This document shows, one piece after another, positions 39,516-51,500 of a DNA stretch of 62,541 bases. Both the position numbers and the translations under genes were made by a program. The DNA is from an uncultured Bacteroidota bacterium (GTDB taxonomy: Bacteria > Bacteroidota > Bacteroidia > UKL13-3). Location of the stretch: positions 1 to 62,541 of the forward strand of contig CAILJQ010000115.1 of assembly GCA_903834625.1 (NCBI GenBank), written 5' to 3'. Position 1 is the first letter of the stretch, and the number at the start of each line of letters is the position of its first letter. Under the pieces are notes generated by a model that made no database searches, was not told the DNA's origin, and worked only from the letters and a program-made list of their open reading frames with translations.

Positions 39516-41633
39516 TTATTTATTTCCAGCTTTAATTTTTAATTTCAACTTTGCCGACATGCCAATTTTGGAGGTGTAATTAGCATACAGTTTAACTGGA
39601 GCGGTGCCATTGTTAAAGGTGCTAATATTGATTCGCACAACCATGTTGATAAGGTTCTTTTCTTTGATAGCCTTTATCTGCTCACCAGTAAGTTTAACAG
39701 AACAATAGCTTACGGTATTTTGGATTGCTTTTCCGTTAACGTCTGCAATGGCAGATTTCATGAGGCTTCCTACTATGATTGAATCTTTAATGATAGTGTC
39801 TTTATCTGCAAAATATAAATCCAAGTTTGCATCAAAAGGAATTCCATTGTTCATCTTTAATACTAGTTCTACGAATTCAATTTGATCGGGCTCTAACCCA
39901 TCAATAGCAAATGATTGAACTTGTCCGTTTTCTACTTTGAAAAGGGCGTTTTCTGCAATTTGTTCTATGAGTAAATTATTTGTTTTAAGACTCATTGGAA
40001 GCTCCACTTCATATCCAACAGTAATAGCAGAACCTTTTACAATAAAATCATTGTAACCATTAAAGCCACCAGCATTTAAACTTGCTTTTCCAGAAAATAG
40101 AATTTTGGTTGGAGGCAGGTTCAACAGATCAAGTAGGGATGAATTGTTTTTATCAAAAACTTTGGCTTCTGAAATGGTTTGTCCTTTTTGAGGAATGGTA
40201 GGATAACCAATTACAAATGGTTGGGCATTTAAATTTTGTTTCTTTCCTTTTGCAGAAGTTCCCTCTGCGTTAAGGAATACTGTTACGGGTACACCAATAG
40301 AATTGGAAGTGAATATTTTAATTTTGGGGTCATCTAAAGGAAATCCACTATTGAATTGTTCAGGTAAATCAAAACTTTCTTCGGAAGGTTCTATTTCAAT
40401 TTCTCTACTTCCTAAGTATCCATTAATTTCATTGAATTTGAGTGTTCCAAATGAGAAAGTAGCATCCACAAAATTTGAAGAATCAAACGGCTTAATACTG
40501 TTTGATGAGATTAAATTTGGTTCAACCGTAACCCTCAATTTATTGTATGGATGTTGGGCATCTTTGGTTAAGTCGAAAATAACATTAGCCAAATTGATGG
40601 TGCCACTTTTGGTTTCATTTCTAACAGCTATAATGATAGGTGCTAAAGGGGCGCTATTTTTTGTTGCACCCTCAATGGTTATTTTAACACTTAATTGTTC
40701 TTGAATATTAGATGAAAGTGAATAATTAATTAGCCCACTTTCAAAGCCTACATTTCTAATTCGAATGGTAGAATCATCAGCGCCAAGGTCTATATCTAAC
40801 ACTTGAGGGTTGATAGTTTGATTTGGGAATACCGCACTTCCACCAATTGCCTTCATGTCACGTGTAGAAACATCAAATCGAACGCCATCATTTAGGTCAA
40901 TTAACACAGGACTTGAACTGGCCAATGTTTTGAATACAGGTAATGAATAGGCAAGGTCGCTTGATAAAGTTAACCCTGCCATATTGATGGAATCTCTTTT
41001 ACTGCCATTTGGCGCCACATTTCTGTATACCAATTGTCCAACTAAAGTTTGAAAAGGAACTGTATTAAATATATTGATGGTGATTTGGTCAACTGTAACT
41101 TTAAGCTGGTTCTTAAATTCAAGCACTAAATATCCGCTGGCCAAATCAATATTAGAGAATTGGGATGTGTTTAAATCTAATTGGGTTGTATTAGGATTTT
41201 GATCATTGATTGCCGGAAAAATTGAAACGGTACCAGCAACCAAGTCTAAAGCCTGTTTTGTGGTTGATGAGAAATTGCTGGATAATTGTCCGAGTGTTTT
41301 TGATTCGGTTATACTTACATTGTCAATATCAATTAAGCCCAATTTATTGCTGATGTTTACAGGGGCCAATGCTGGCAGATTTACAAAGCTATCAACTGGA
41401 AAACTTGCAATAGAATCTTGGCTATAAATGAATCTGATAAATCCATCGGGGTCATAAAAAATATTGACTGAGTCTTGTTTTAGCAAATTACTCATTTTCA
41501 TTTCTATGACAGCAAGCGGAACACCAAACTCTGGGTTCAAGGTTAGGTCATTAAACTTATCGAAGTTTAAATCTTTTTTACAACCTAAGACCAGCATGAA
41601 TGCTAGTAAGATGAAAGTTATTTTTTTCTGCAT
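39516..41633 (-). CDS. Hypothetical beta-rich lipoprotein, probable partner of the DUF5723 protein
   Basis: Lipobox LVLGC followed by KKD; PEFGVPL motif; 26 nt upstream of the DUF5723 gene. Confidence 0.7.
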   Translation of the reverse strand: MQKKITFILLAFMLVLGCKKDLNFDKFNDLTLNPEFGVPLAVIEMKMSNLLKQDSVNIFYDPDGFIRFIYSQDSIASFPVDSFVNLPALAPVNISNKLGLIDIDNVSITESKTLGQLSSNFSSTTKQALDLVAGTVSIFPAINDQNPNTTQLDLNTSQFSNIDLASGYLVLEFKNQLKVTVDQITINIFNTVPFQTLVGQLVYRNVAPNGSKRDSINMAGLTLSSDLAYSLPVFKTLASSSPVLIDLNDGVRFDVSTRDMKAIGGSAVFPNQTINPQVLDIDLGADDSTIRIRNVGFESGLINYSLSSNIQEQLSVKITIEGATKNSAPLAPIIIAVRNETKSGTINLANVIFDLTKDAQHPYNKLRVTVEPNLISSNSIKPFDSSNFVDATFSFGTLKFNEINGYLGSREIEIEPSEESFDLPEQFNSGFPLDDPKIKIFTSNSIGVPVTVFLNAEGTSAKGKKQNLNAQPFVIGYPTIPQKGQTISEAKVFDKNNSSLLDLLNLPPTKILFSGKASLNAGGFNGYNDFIVKGSAITVGYEVELPMSLKTNNLLIEQIAENALFKVENGQVQSFAIDGLEPDQIEFVELVLKMNNGIPFDANLDLYFADKDTIIKDSIIVGSLMKSAIADVNGKAIQNTVSYCSVKLTGEQIKAIKEKNLINMVVRINISTFNNGTAPVKLYANYTSKIGMSAKLKLKIKAGNK

Positions 41634-41671
41634 GATGACTATTTCACTATGTTTATACTATCTACTTAACT

Positions 41672-44600
41672 TTATTGAATACTAATTTTTGATACAAAAT
41701 AATCTTCTCCTGAAATAACCTTCACAAGGTATTCGCCTGTGGTAAGATTCGATAGATTAAGAGAGTATTTGTTGTTATTCTCAATAGAAAGGTAAGATTC
41801 AGAAATTGCTCTTCCCGTAATATCATAAATGGTTATTTTAGCATTTTCTTTTAGGGCTTTGCTAAAGCTTATGGTTAGGTTACCATCTTTAGAAGGATTT
41901 GGATAAACCATAATGGATCCTGTACCTTTTACTTTTTGAATGCCCACCGGATTGAGTGTTTTGTTATTTGCAATAGCAAATGAATCTTTAAGATACAATG
42001 GACCTAGGTCTGTATTGTTATATTCAAAAATGGCGATTTGGTAAACAGTATTTGGTTCAAGATTATAAACCAAAAGAGAATTGCCACTGCCTGCATAAAC
42101 AATTCTAGAGCCTTCTAATAAACTGTCACCAGCACCAAATTCATTATTAGCCAAATAGGTAAGTCCATTAGCAGGAAATTCACTCACGGCAATGTCTTTT
42201 CTCATTGCAACCAATCTGTTTTGACCGTTTCCTACCGTCCATGAGAACTCAAAACTATCTTGATTGATGGTTGTGAAAGTTATGTTTTTGGATGGAATGG
42301 TAGGGAAGTTAAGATTGGTTAAGGTTTGGCGATTGGCAGTTGGAAATCCATTTGATTGGTAGTTTGTGGTTAACCCACTTCCATTAAACTCCAAAACGGC
42401 AAAGTGATAAACAGTGCTTGGATCAAGGCCTGATACAGTTACTTGGGTGCCTGTTCCAACATATACCACTCTTTCATTGTTTGAAAGGAATGACGATGAA
42501 CCATTAAAAGTATTATCTGTAAAATAAGTTTCACCATCAAGAGGTAAGGTACTAACTGGAGCACCCATAGAAGCAACTACAATTCTTCCAGTACCGTTTC
42601 CTGAGGTCCAATTTAATTGCATTGAATTGGCAGTTACATTGCTAATGGCCAATGCTGTTGCGCTATTTGTTGGCTCAGCCGCAGGTGTTAAAGTATTTGC
42701 ACTTGCAGATGTACCATTGCTAAGAACTCTGGTATAAATGCCATTTCCATTGTATTCAAATATTTTTACATGATACGTAGTTGAATGTTTTAAACCCACC
42801 ACAATCACTGAATCTTGGGCACCACTAAATACAATAAAATTGTTATTGCCTAAATCATCACCACTACTAAAAGTAGAATTTGCATTAAGAGAAACACTGT
42901 CTGCAGGTATTTTATCAATGGCTGAATTTTCTGCCATAACTACATAACGAGCCGAGCCATTTCCGTTTGTCCACTTGATGGTCATTTGGTTGAGCGTAAT
43001 ATTACTGAATTGAATGTTTGAAGCAGCAAGGGTAGGAGGTGTATATCCTGCGATGGTTGTTTGACTACTTCTAGCTGGATTGCTAATTAAATAATGTGAA
43101 TTTGCGCCAAACCCGTTGTATGCATAAACAGCAAAATGGTAAGTTGTATTTGGGTTCAAACCGGTAACTGTAAATGTGGTATCTGTACCCGTATAAAGCA
43201 CAAAACTTGAGCCCAAGCTTTCTCCTGAACCAAATTGTAAATTGGCATTATATCCTAAACCATCGCCAGGAATCGTATCCACCGCAGCGCCTTCTTTTAC
43301 CAAAATAATTGAGTTTGTTCCATTTCCTTTGGTATATCTAAAGCTTAGGGAATTAGGTGTATTTTGAACCAGGGTTAAATTGCTGGCCTGAATAGTTGGT
43401 GTTTCTACATTTAACTGAATAGCTGCAAAATTTTCTTTTCCAGTTTCATTTAAGGCAAATGCACCACTAATATAAAGTCTATTACCTTGGTGTAACATTT
43501 TTCTTACCGAGCCTGATTCAAGTTTTACAGGAAAATTCACTTCTGTACTGTTGGAAGTTTGAAAGCAAGTAAATCCTGTAGCTATATTGGTATTGAAATT
43601 ACCACCTACATACACGAATCCTGCATTTTGGTCGAGGCTATATACTTCTCCGCTTAATTGTGGCGACCATGAAAGTATATTCGCTGAGGTGGAAGTATCA
43701 ATAGCTGCTAAATAATTCCTCTGTGAAGTGCCAATTTGGGTGAATAATCCTCCAATTAGAATGGCATTGCCATTTGGGGCCATATCTGTGATGGTAGAAT
43801 CTGCATTTATGCTCCAAGATCTTAAACTTCCATTGTTAGATAAATCAAAAGAGGCTATATTTTTTCTTGCAGAACTACCTATTAAATTAAAAGTTCCCAA
43901 AGCATATAATTGGGTTTGGTTCAACAGAAGTTTTTTAACAGGGCCATCAGGGTTAGGGTTCCAAGTTGTCATGGCACCACTGGTAGAATTTACCAAAGCC
44001 AAGTAGTTTCTTTCATCTGTACCAAGGTGAGTAAATTCACCTGCCAAGTATATGGTATTGCCTAAAATGAGTACATCGTTCACAGCGGCATCGCAATTTG
44101 GATTCCAAGAATTTGGTAAAAACAAGGCGGTATCTACAATGGCAACTCCTACCCTTGAGGTATTATTGATGTTATTAAAATTTCCTGCTACCATTAAATC
44201 ACTGCCAATAATTTCCATGTCATAAATGGGGCCATCAATTTCCATGCTGCTTGCTACAGGAGTACCTGTTTCATAATCTAAGGCGATAAAATTATTTGCG
44301 TTAACACCGCCATAACTGCTAAATGAGCCTGTGGAAATAAGCACATCTCCTGCCCAAAGGAGGTTATTTACTTCGCCATTTGTCTTAGGTAAATTTCCGG
44401 TTAATGTTCCATCAGAAATGGTGATGGCAGCTAAGTATGGTTTTTGGTTGGTACCAATAGACGAGAAAGAACCCCCAAGGTATAAATTGCCATTTTTTAT
44501 TTTTAGCGATTTAATTTCAGAATCAACTCCAGGGTTAAATGAACTTACAACAGCTGCGGTATATAAATTACATGCAGCAAGATTGCTTCTAATTTGAATA

Positions 44601-45475
44601 CCAACTTGATAAAAATTACCAGCTAAATAAAGATTAGATTGGTTAAAGGCCATTTCATTTACCTGTCCTACAACATCTGCTCGCCAACTACGCAAATTTC
44701 CAGTAAGGAGATTAAATGAAGCAAGGTTTGTTCTTTCAGTTCCTGCGATAGAATCGAAAGAACCTGCAACAAACAGCAATGAATCTGATACTGCAATAGC
44801 AGAAACACTTCCTACCAAATGTAGATTTAGAGGTAATAGATTTCTTGATCCATCATATGCTCCAAAAGATGTTCTAGGGCTTCCTGAAAGGACATTAAAA
44901 TTGCCACCAACATATAGCACTCCATTTGCACTATGGAGCGTATTAATTTGGCCATCGGGGTTAGGAGCGAAGGTGGTGAGGGTATTGGCAGAAAGGTCAA
45001 TGGCTGCAATTCCATTTCGCATTTGGTTGTTAACCATGCTAAATTGTCCAGCAACAAAAAGGTTGTTATTGTTAACCGCCATTTTTACCAATTGACCATC
45101 AAATGTAAAGTTGAAAGAAGCATCGTAAACCATGCTTGAGGAAAATTTAGCTAATGATTTTCTTTGACTTCCATTAATAGAGAAGTCGCCAGCTAGGTAT
45201 ATATTACCGGCATTGTCACTAACTGTAGCAGTAATCTGTCCGGTTATTTTCGTATTGTTAAAAGTTATTTGATTGGAAGCTGTATTGAAGGCTCCAAAGC
45301 AACCAGAGCTAGGTCCCACGTAGGTGAATTCTCCCCCAACAAACAATTTACCATTGAGTTTGGCAGTTGCATTAACCTGTCCATTAGTTTCCCAATAAGA
45401 ATTGATTGCATTTTGTGCATTTGAAACATGGAACAATGAAATAAAGCAAACAAGGAGCAGTATATTTTTTTTCAT
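41672..45475 (-). CDS. T9SS cargo protein: 14 LYVGGxF propeller repeats, 4 FN3-like repeats, type-A CTD
   Basis: Signal peptide; 14 blades counted; 4 W/YTxGNG...TxYH/QxxxxExN-type units; CTD VYPNPS...IYDITGR...GEYLVKV. Confidence 0.85.
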   Translation of the reverse strand: MKKNILLLVCFISLFHVSNAQNAINSYWETNGQVNATAKLNGKLFVGGEFTYVGPSSGCFGAFNTASNQITFNNTKITGQITATVSDNAGNIYLAGDFSINGSQRKSLAKFSSSMVYDASFNFTFDGQLVKMAVNNNNLFVAGQFSMVNNQMRNGIAAIDLSANTLTTFAPNPDGQINTLHSANGVLYVGGNFNVLSGSPRTSFGAYDGSRNLLPLNLHLVGSVSAIAVSDSLLFVAGSFDSIAGTERTNLASFNLLTGNLRSWRADVVGQVNEMAFNQSNLYLAGNFYQVGIQIRSNLAACNLYTAAVVSSFNPGVDSEIKSLKIKNGNLYLGGSFSSIGTNQKPYLAAITISDGTLTGNLPKTNGEVNNLLWAGDVLISTGSFSSYGGVNANNFIALDYETGTPVASSMEIDGPIYDMEIIGSDLMVAGNFNNINNTSRVGVAIVDTALFLPNSWNPNCDAAVNDVLILGNTIYLAGEFTHLGTDERNYLALVNSTSGAMTTWNPNPDGPVKKLLLNQTQLYALGTFNLIGSSARKNIASFDLSNNGSLRSWSINADSTITDMAPNGNAILIGGLFTQIGTSQRNYLAAIDTSTSANILSWSPQLSGEVYSLDQNAGFVYVGGNFNTNIATGFTCFQTSNSTEVNFPVKLESGSVRKMLHQGNRLYISGAFALNETGKENFAAIQLNVETPTIQASNLTLVQNTPNSLSFRYTKGNGTNSIILVKEGAAVDTIPGDGLGYNANLQFGSGESLGSSFVLYTGTDTTFTVTGLNPNTTYHFAVYAYNGFGANSHYLISNPARSSQTTIAGYTPPTLAASNIQFSNITLNQMTIKWTNGNGSARYVVMAENSAIDKIPADSVSLNANSTFSSGDDLGNNNFIVFSGAQDSVIVVGLKHSTTYHVKIFEYNGNGIYTRVLSNGTSASANTLTPAAEPTNSATALAISNVTANSMQLNWTSGNGTGRIVVASMGAPVSTLPLDGETYFTDNTFNGSSSFLSNNERVVYVGTGTQVTVSGLDPSTVYHFAVLEFNGSGLTTNYQSNGFPTANRQTLTNLNFPTIPSKNITFTTINQDSFEFSWTVGNGQNRLVAMRKDIAVSEFPANGLTYLANNEFGAGDSLLEGSRIVYAGSGNSLLVYNLEPNTVYQIAIFEYNNTDLGPLYLKDSFAIANNKTLNPVGIQKVKGTGSIMVYPNPSKDGNLTISFSKALKENAKITIYDITGRAISESYLSIENNNKYSLNLSNLTTGEYLVKVISGEDYFVSKISIQ

Positions 45476-45497
45476 ATCTATTGGTAAAAGATTGTGG

Positions 45498-45530
45498 TAA
45501 AAGGTAGGTGCAATTACCTTGCACCTACCT
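45498..45530 (-). terminator. Hairpin / weak terminator between the two T9SS genes
   Basis: AGGTAGGTGCAA-5 nt-TTGCACCTACCT perfect 12-bp stem with a short T tract. Confidence 0.6.
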
Positions 45531-45536
45531 AATAAA

Positions 45537-48500
45537 TTAGTTATTGAAGATGAGTTTATAGTTTTTCAACTCATTACCTTTCATTACCTGAAGGGTATAG
45601 AAACCAGCAGGCATTCCTTGTAAGTCAATAGTTTTTCTTACCATTCCAGCTTCAAAAGAATTGGCATTTTCTTGGTATACAACTTTTCCTGAAAGGTCAA
45701 CTATGGTAAATGCAATCAATTGTTCTGCCTCGTTTATAAGTTCAACGGTTATATTTCCATTACTTGGATTTGGCCAAACATTTAAGTAGTCATCTGTTCC
45801 AAGTTTAGTTGATCTGTTTTCTTGAGGAGGTGGGGCGGAAACATTCGAAGCAGAAAGAATGATATCTTGGATTTGAACAGCTGAAAGTGCTCTCTTATAA
45901 ATTCTAACATCGTCAATGCTTCCATTCATGTTATAAGAGTTGACAAAAGGGCCAGTAACCGATGATCCAATTGCACCTATTGTATAGTGTCTATTGGCTA
46001 AATCAATGGTTTTATTGGCAACAAATGCACCTGTTGTTCCAGCTACACTTCCATTAAGGTACAGTCGTGTTTGAATTCCATTTTCATATGTTAAGGCAAC
46101 ATGGACCCAGCTACCTGTTGGGTATGAATATATTGGACTTGCAGCAATACCAATACAAACACCAGTATTGTCTGTGAACTGTCCAAACAAACTTTGGTCA
46201 GGAGTTATTTGTAAGGAGAATGCCATGCCGGTTGCTGCATCAGAACCAATGATTGCTCGATCTACCGCATTTGCAGAACCCGTAAAGCTGGCTACTTTTG
46301 CCCAAGCCATTACTGTAACCTCGTTTAGGTTATTGAAATTTGAATTATTTGAAATATTAAAACCTACTCTTCCAGTTCCACTAAAATCATAAGCACTAGA
46401 GGGTGTGCCATTTCTATCATTTATTGAGGTAACAGCATTTGGAGACCCTGGTGATACGATGGTTCCATTAAAACCATTTCCACTAAAATCGTTTGCATTT
46501 CCATTAAACCTATGCCATGAAATTAGGTCGGCAGAAGGATCGCTGTTGTAGGTGCTGCCAATATTATGAACAAATACATCCCAGTTTCCATTAGGTGGAA
46601 GAGGTTGTACTTTTGTGTTTACGTCAAAGCCACCAAAACTAGCTGTTGTGTTAAAATATCCAGATATGTATGTGTTATTAGGAATAATAGCAAAAATACC
46701 TCGAGCGGCATCATCTAAAGGTCCACCAAATCTTCTCGCTACATTTAAAATACCTGTATTAGAATAGATAGCCACAAAAATGTCTAAGTTTCCAAGTGAG
46801 GTAAGGGTTTGTGCATCAAAATTTGCTAATCCACCAAAGCTACCAGTGATAAATACCTCTCCATTGGTTCCAAGATCAACACCTGAAGTAATATCTTGTG
46901 AAGCGCCACCTTGTTGTTTTACCCACTGAACAGTTCCATTGGCTCCTGTAATTTTAACCAAATAGCCATCCGTTATACCCGCAGAAATGAGGCTAGTTGA
47001 CCCAAAAGCAACGGTATTGCTAAATGCGCCCACCATATATACATTTCCGTTTGCATCAATATCTAGGAACATTCCTTTATCATCTCCCGTGCTACCATAA
47101 GCATTTGCATACTGAGGATTTCCTGATGCATCAAATTTCACCAAAATGGCGTCTGCACTGCCTGAGTAGGTTGAATTCACAGTACCAAAGGAAGCTGTAC
47201 CTTTTATCTCACCACAAGCATAAACATTATTATTTTGATCTGCCCCAATACCAAAGGCAAAATCGTATCCAGGAGATCCACCACCTTTAGCCCAAACCAA
47301 TGTACCAGAAGGGTTATATTTGGCAATTAATAAATCACTGTTACCATTGGTGGTAATAGAAGTGCTTGTACCAGAGAAATTGGTTGTTCCAGAATGGAAG
47401 CCACCAACCAATAGATTTCCTGTGCCATCCATGGCAAGGGCGTTTGCAACATCTTGACTGCTGCTGCCAAAAGATTTAGCCCAAATAGCATTACCTGAAC
47501 TAGAGTATTTGGCAATAAAACCGTCATCAGAACCCGCAGAAACAAGTGATATGGTATCAAACGTTGCGGTATTTCTGAACGAACCAACAAGGTATGCATT
47601 GTTACTTGCGTCTAAAACAACTGCAGCAGAGGCATCGTCACCTACACCACCTGCTAATTTTACCCATAACAAGTCTCCCGTTGAATTATATTTGGCTAAG
47701 AAAATATCATTTGAATTGGCCACGAGTTCAGTTAATCCAAAGTTTACATTTCCACGAACAGTGCCGGTTACAAATACATTTCCTGAAGCATCAACAGCAA
47801 TAGAACCAGAAGCATCGGCTTCCGAACCTCCGGCTGTTCTTGGCCAGTTTGCAGGTGCAGTTTTTACAGTGTATGTGCAAGGCCCAGTGGTTTTATAGGC
47901 AATTTCAGTTGTACTGGTGATATTGTTAAATAATGAGTTGTATTCATAAACGGCGAAATGATAATTGGTATATGGCATTAATCCAGTTATTTCTACTGAG
48001 TTACCTGTATTGCCATTGTATACTACTTTTTGTCCTGAGCCTAAATCTGTGCCTAATGTAAAGTTTGTATTTGCTGGGTAAGTAACATTATCAGCAGGGA
48101 CGAAACTTACTGGTAAAGATTGGCGCATAACAACAATTCTATTACTTCCATTTCCATTGGTCCATTTGAAACGAATGGAGTTATTATTCTCAACTGATTT
48201 AGGGTTATAAGCACTTACGCTTGGGGGTTGTAGGTTAGCATCTGTCTTTTTGGAACCAACTAAAATTGGGTTAGTTAAATAGGCAGCAGAGTTTAAGTTT
48301 GAACCTATTATGTTGTATTCAACAACCATATAAGTATAAAATGTGTTAGCTAATAAGCCTGTAACTGGAACATTATTTCCAATTCCATTGTATAATACTT
48401 TGGCATAATAATTTCCAGTCAGTCCATTTAATGTGCCTCTTACCATTAATTGAGAACCACCTGTACTTGAGAAATTAGAATTTGCCGAATAAGACATTCC

Positions 48501-51500
48501 ATTAGTTGCATACACATTGGTAGGTGTGAAAACTCCTTGAATGCCAAGAAGCATTCTTCTGTTACCATTTCCATTAGCACTCCAAAGAACCTGGGTTATG
48601 CTAGAAGTTAGATTGCTAAATGAAATACCTGAGGCTGCAATGGTTGGAGGAGTAGCCATTGCAGGCGTAGTTACATTTCCAACTGCCGGATTGATTGTTT
48701 TATAACTGATTAAATTATTAAATTGGTTGAACTCAAATACTGCAAAGTGATAGGTTACTCCAGGGCTTAAATTAGATACAACTAATGAGTTTGCAGAGCC
48801 TTTGTATAATGCAAAGTTGTTATTTCCAACAGGAGCAAAATTGAAAACGGAATTTACTGAATAATTGGTGTTTGGAAGAGGGGTAAAATCAACGGGGCTG
48901 CCGCTCTTTGCAACTACTAAGCAGCTATTTCCATTTCCTCTTGTCCAATTCATCACAATACTGTTTTGGTTAACTGTTGGAAAGGAGATTCCAGTGGCTG
49001 AAAGAGTAGGGGTTGGGAATGCTAAGGTTGTACCTGTGCCATTTAAAGGACTTGCTCCATACATGGTGTTAATGCCATTACCATTGTATTCAATTACCCT
49101 AAAATAATAAGTAGTTAATGGATTCAAATTTGTGATGTTAGCAAAATTTCCAGTACCATCATATACTACGAAACCGCCACCTATCATAGCTCCAGATCCA
49201 TAGCTTCCATTTGCACTATATGATAATCCACTGATAGGAAAAGCTGTTGGATAACCACCTATTTTTGCAATAACTATTCGTCTTTCACCATTTCCTTGCG
49301 ACCAATTTACACGCATGCCATTGAAAGTAGTATTACTTATGAAAAAATTTGAAGAGGTGGCCGTTGGTGGCGATGGAGGCGTGTAATTGAGCGTTCCAAC
49401 ATATTTGAATTCAGAGTTTGGAATAGTGACAGTAAATCCACCTGAGAATAAATATTGGTTATTAAGAAAGGAAACAGAACGGGCATTGTTATAGGTAAGC
49501 ATCAGGTTACTGCTAACTCCATTAATGAGTGAAAATGATTTGATACCTGCTTGATCAACATATTCAATGCTTTGACCAAATTGTTTCACCATATTGTTAA
49601 CTGTTGAAACCTCAGTATTTCTTGTATTTAAATTTCCTGATAATACATTAACAACTGCTAACCCACCTAAGCCCGCAGCTCCATAGTTGAATGTATTGGC
49701 AGGGTTAAAGACCGTTTGTGAGAATCCACTTGGGAATGCACCAGCAATAGCAATACGGTTTGCATCAACTTGAATGATGTCATTCACTATAATACTAGAG
49801 TTTGTACCAATAATTCTTGCATCAAAATTTTGAGCCACTCCACTCGTAATATTTAATTTCGCTAATTTATTTTTTGGTGAAGTAAATAGTCCTCCTACAA
49901 AAACGTCGCCACCAATAATTTTTACCGTTTTCACAGCTGCAATATTACTGACTGAACCTAAGCTAGGGATAAAGGTGGTATTGACAACCGCCTGATTGTT
50001 GGAAACGTTAAGCTTCACAAGAAATGTTCTTGGAGTCTGAACTCCTGTTAAAACATTGGTAACAAGATTAAAATCCCCTCCAACAAAAATGTCGTTTCCA
50101 TTATTTGTGATAGACCTTACAGTATTGTTAAAGGTTAAATTGATAGTATTTACAAGGTTTCCTAAAGTATTTACAACAGCAAAATTATTCCTACTTATGT
50201 TGTTTACTGTTCCAAATGCCCCTCCAATAAAGATGTTAGTTCCAACCACATGTATGACATTTACGGCAGTAACACTCGTTATTTTTGCAGCAAATGATAT
50301 AGGTAACCCAGTGGTTGAATTTATTGCTGCGATGCCTTGTGCATGTGTATGAATAAACTCAGAAAATTGTCCTGCAATCATCATTTGTGTTCCAAATACT
50401 CCAACAAAGAAAACTTGCCCATTTGGATCAGGTTTTACCGTTGCAGAAAGTGTTGGACTTGTGGTTGACGGGGATAAATAGAATGCCAAATTTGAACGTC
50501 CTTGTCCACCAATGGAAAAGAAGTTCCCACCAACAGACAACAAATTTTGGACAAAACTTAATGAATTCACTTGTCCACTTGGATTTGGACTCCAAGTAGC
50601 ATGTACCTGATTTGTTCCTAAAGTTACTAAGCCCAAATTTAATCTACTATATAAAGGAGAACTCATACTTGATCTCATATAGGTAAATAATCCTCCTATG
50701 AAAAGGTTATTTCCTATTACTGTCATGGCATTAACCGATGTTCCTATAACCATCACATTAATGGGAGCAGGGCTATTATTTGAGAGATTAATACCCCCAA
50801 AGTTGCTTTTGGCTATATTATTAACAAAGGCTATATTGGTTCCTCCGTAGTATAAAATTCCATTATGAGCAGCAAAACAGTTAACAATTGCAATGTTTAA
50901 TGACCCATTAACATTGGTACTACTAATTCCTGGATTCCAAGAATCTACTATTTGTGAAGGGATATCGTATGTTAATATGGATTGGTTGTTCCCATTCCTA
51001 AAAAATTTACCCCCAAAATAAAGCTTGGTCCCATAAAAATAAGCACATCTTGCATCTCCTGCAATGTTCAAGTTGTCATATACATTGGTTGCTAAATTTA
51101 CCCTAGTAACACCCGTTGAACGCAGAACATATAACTTACCGCTGTTAATAATTAGGTCGTTTACAAAACCCAAATTACTATTATTACCAACTGGGGTTAC
51201 AACATTTGCTGAAGATATTCTAATTAGGTTATAGTAATTACTAGTACCATTAGAGTAAGAAAATTGTCCCCCAACATAATAACCGCCAGCCCCATCAGAA
51301 ATTACCTTTCTTATGGTTCCATTAATTTTTTTGTAGGTATTATTAACATTAAGCTGAAGGTTAAGACTATTATATCCAACCAATGGACCAGTTTTACTAT
51401 TTATACTAGTAAAATTTCCCCCAAAATAGGTAACTCCTGCGGCAGAAGTTTGGGTAAGAACATCTCCATTAAATCTTAAGCCACCATTAAATATTGTAGG

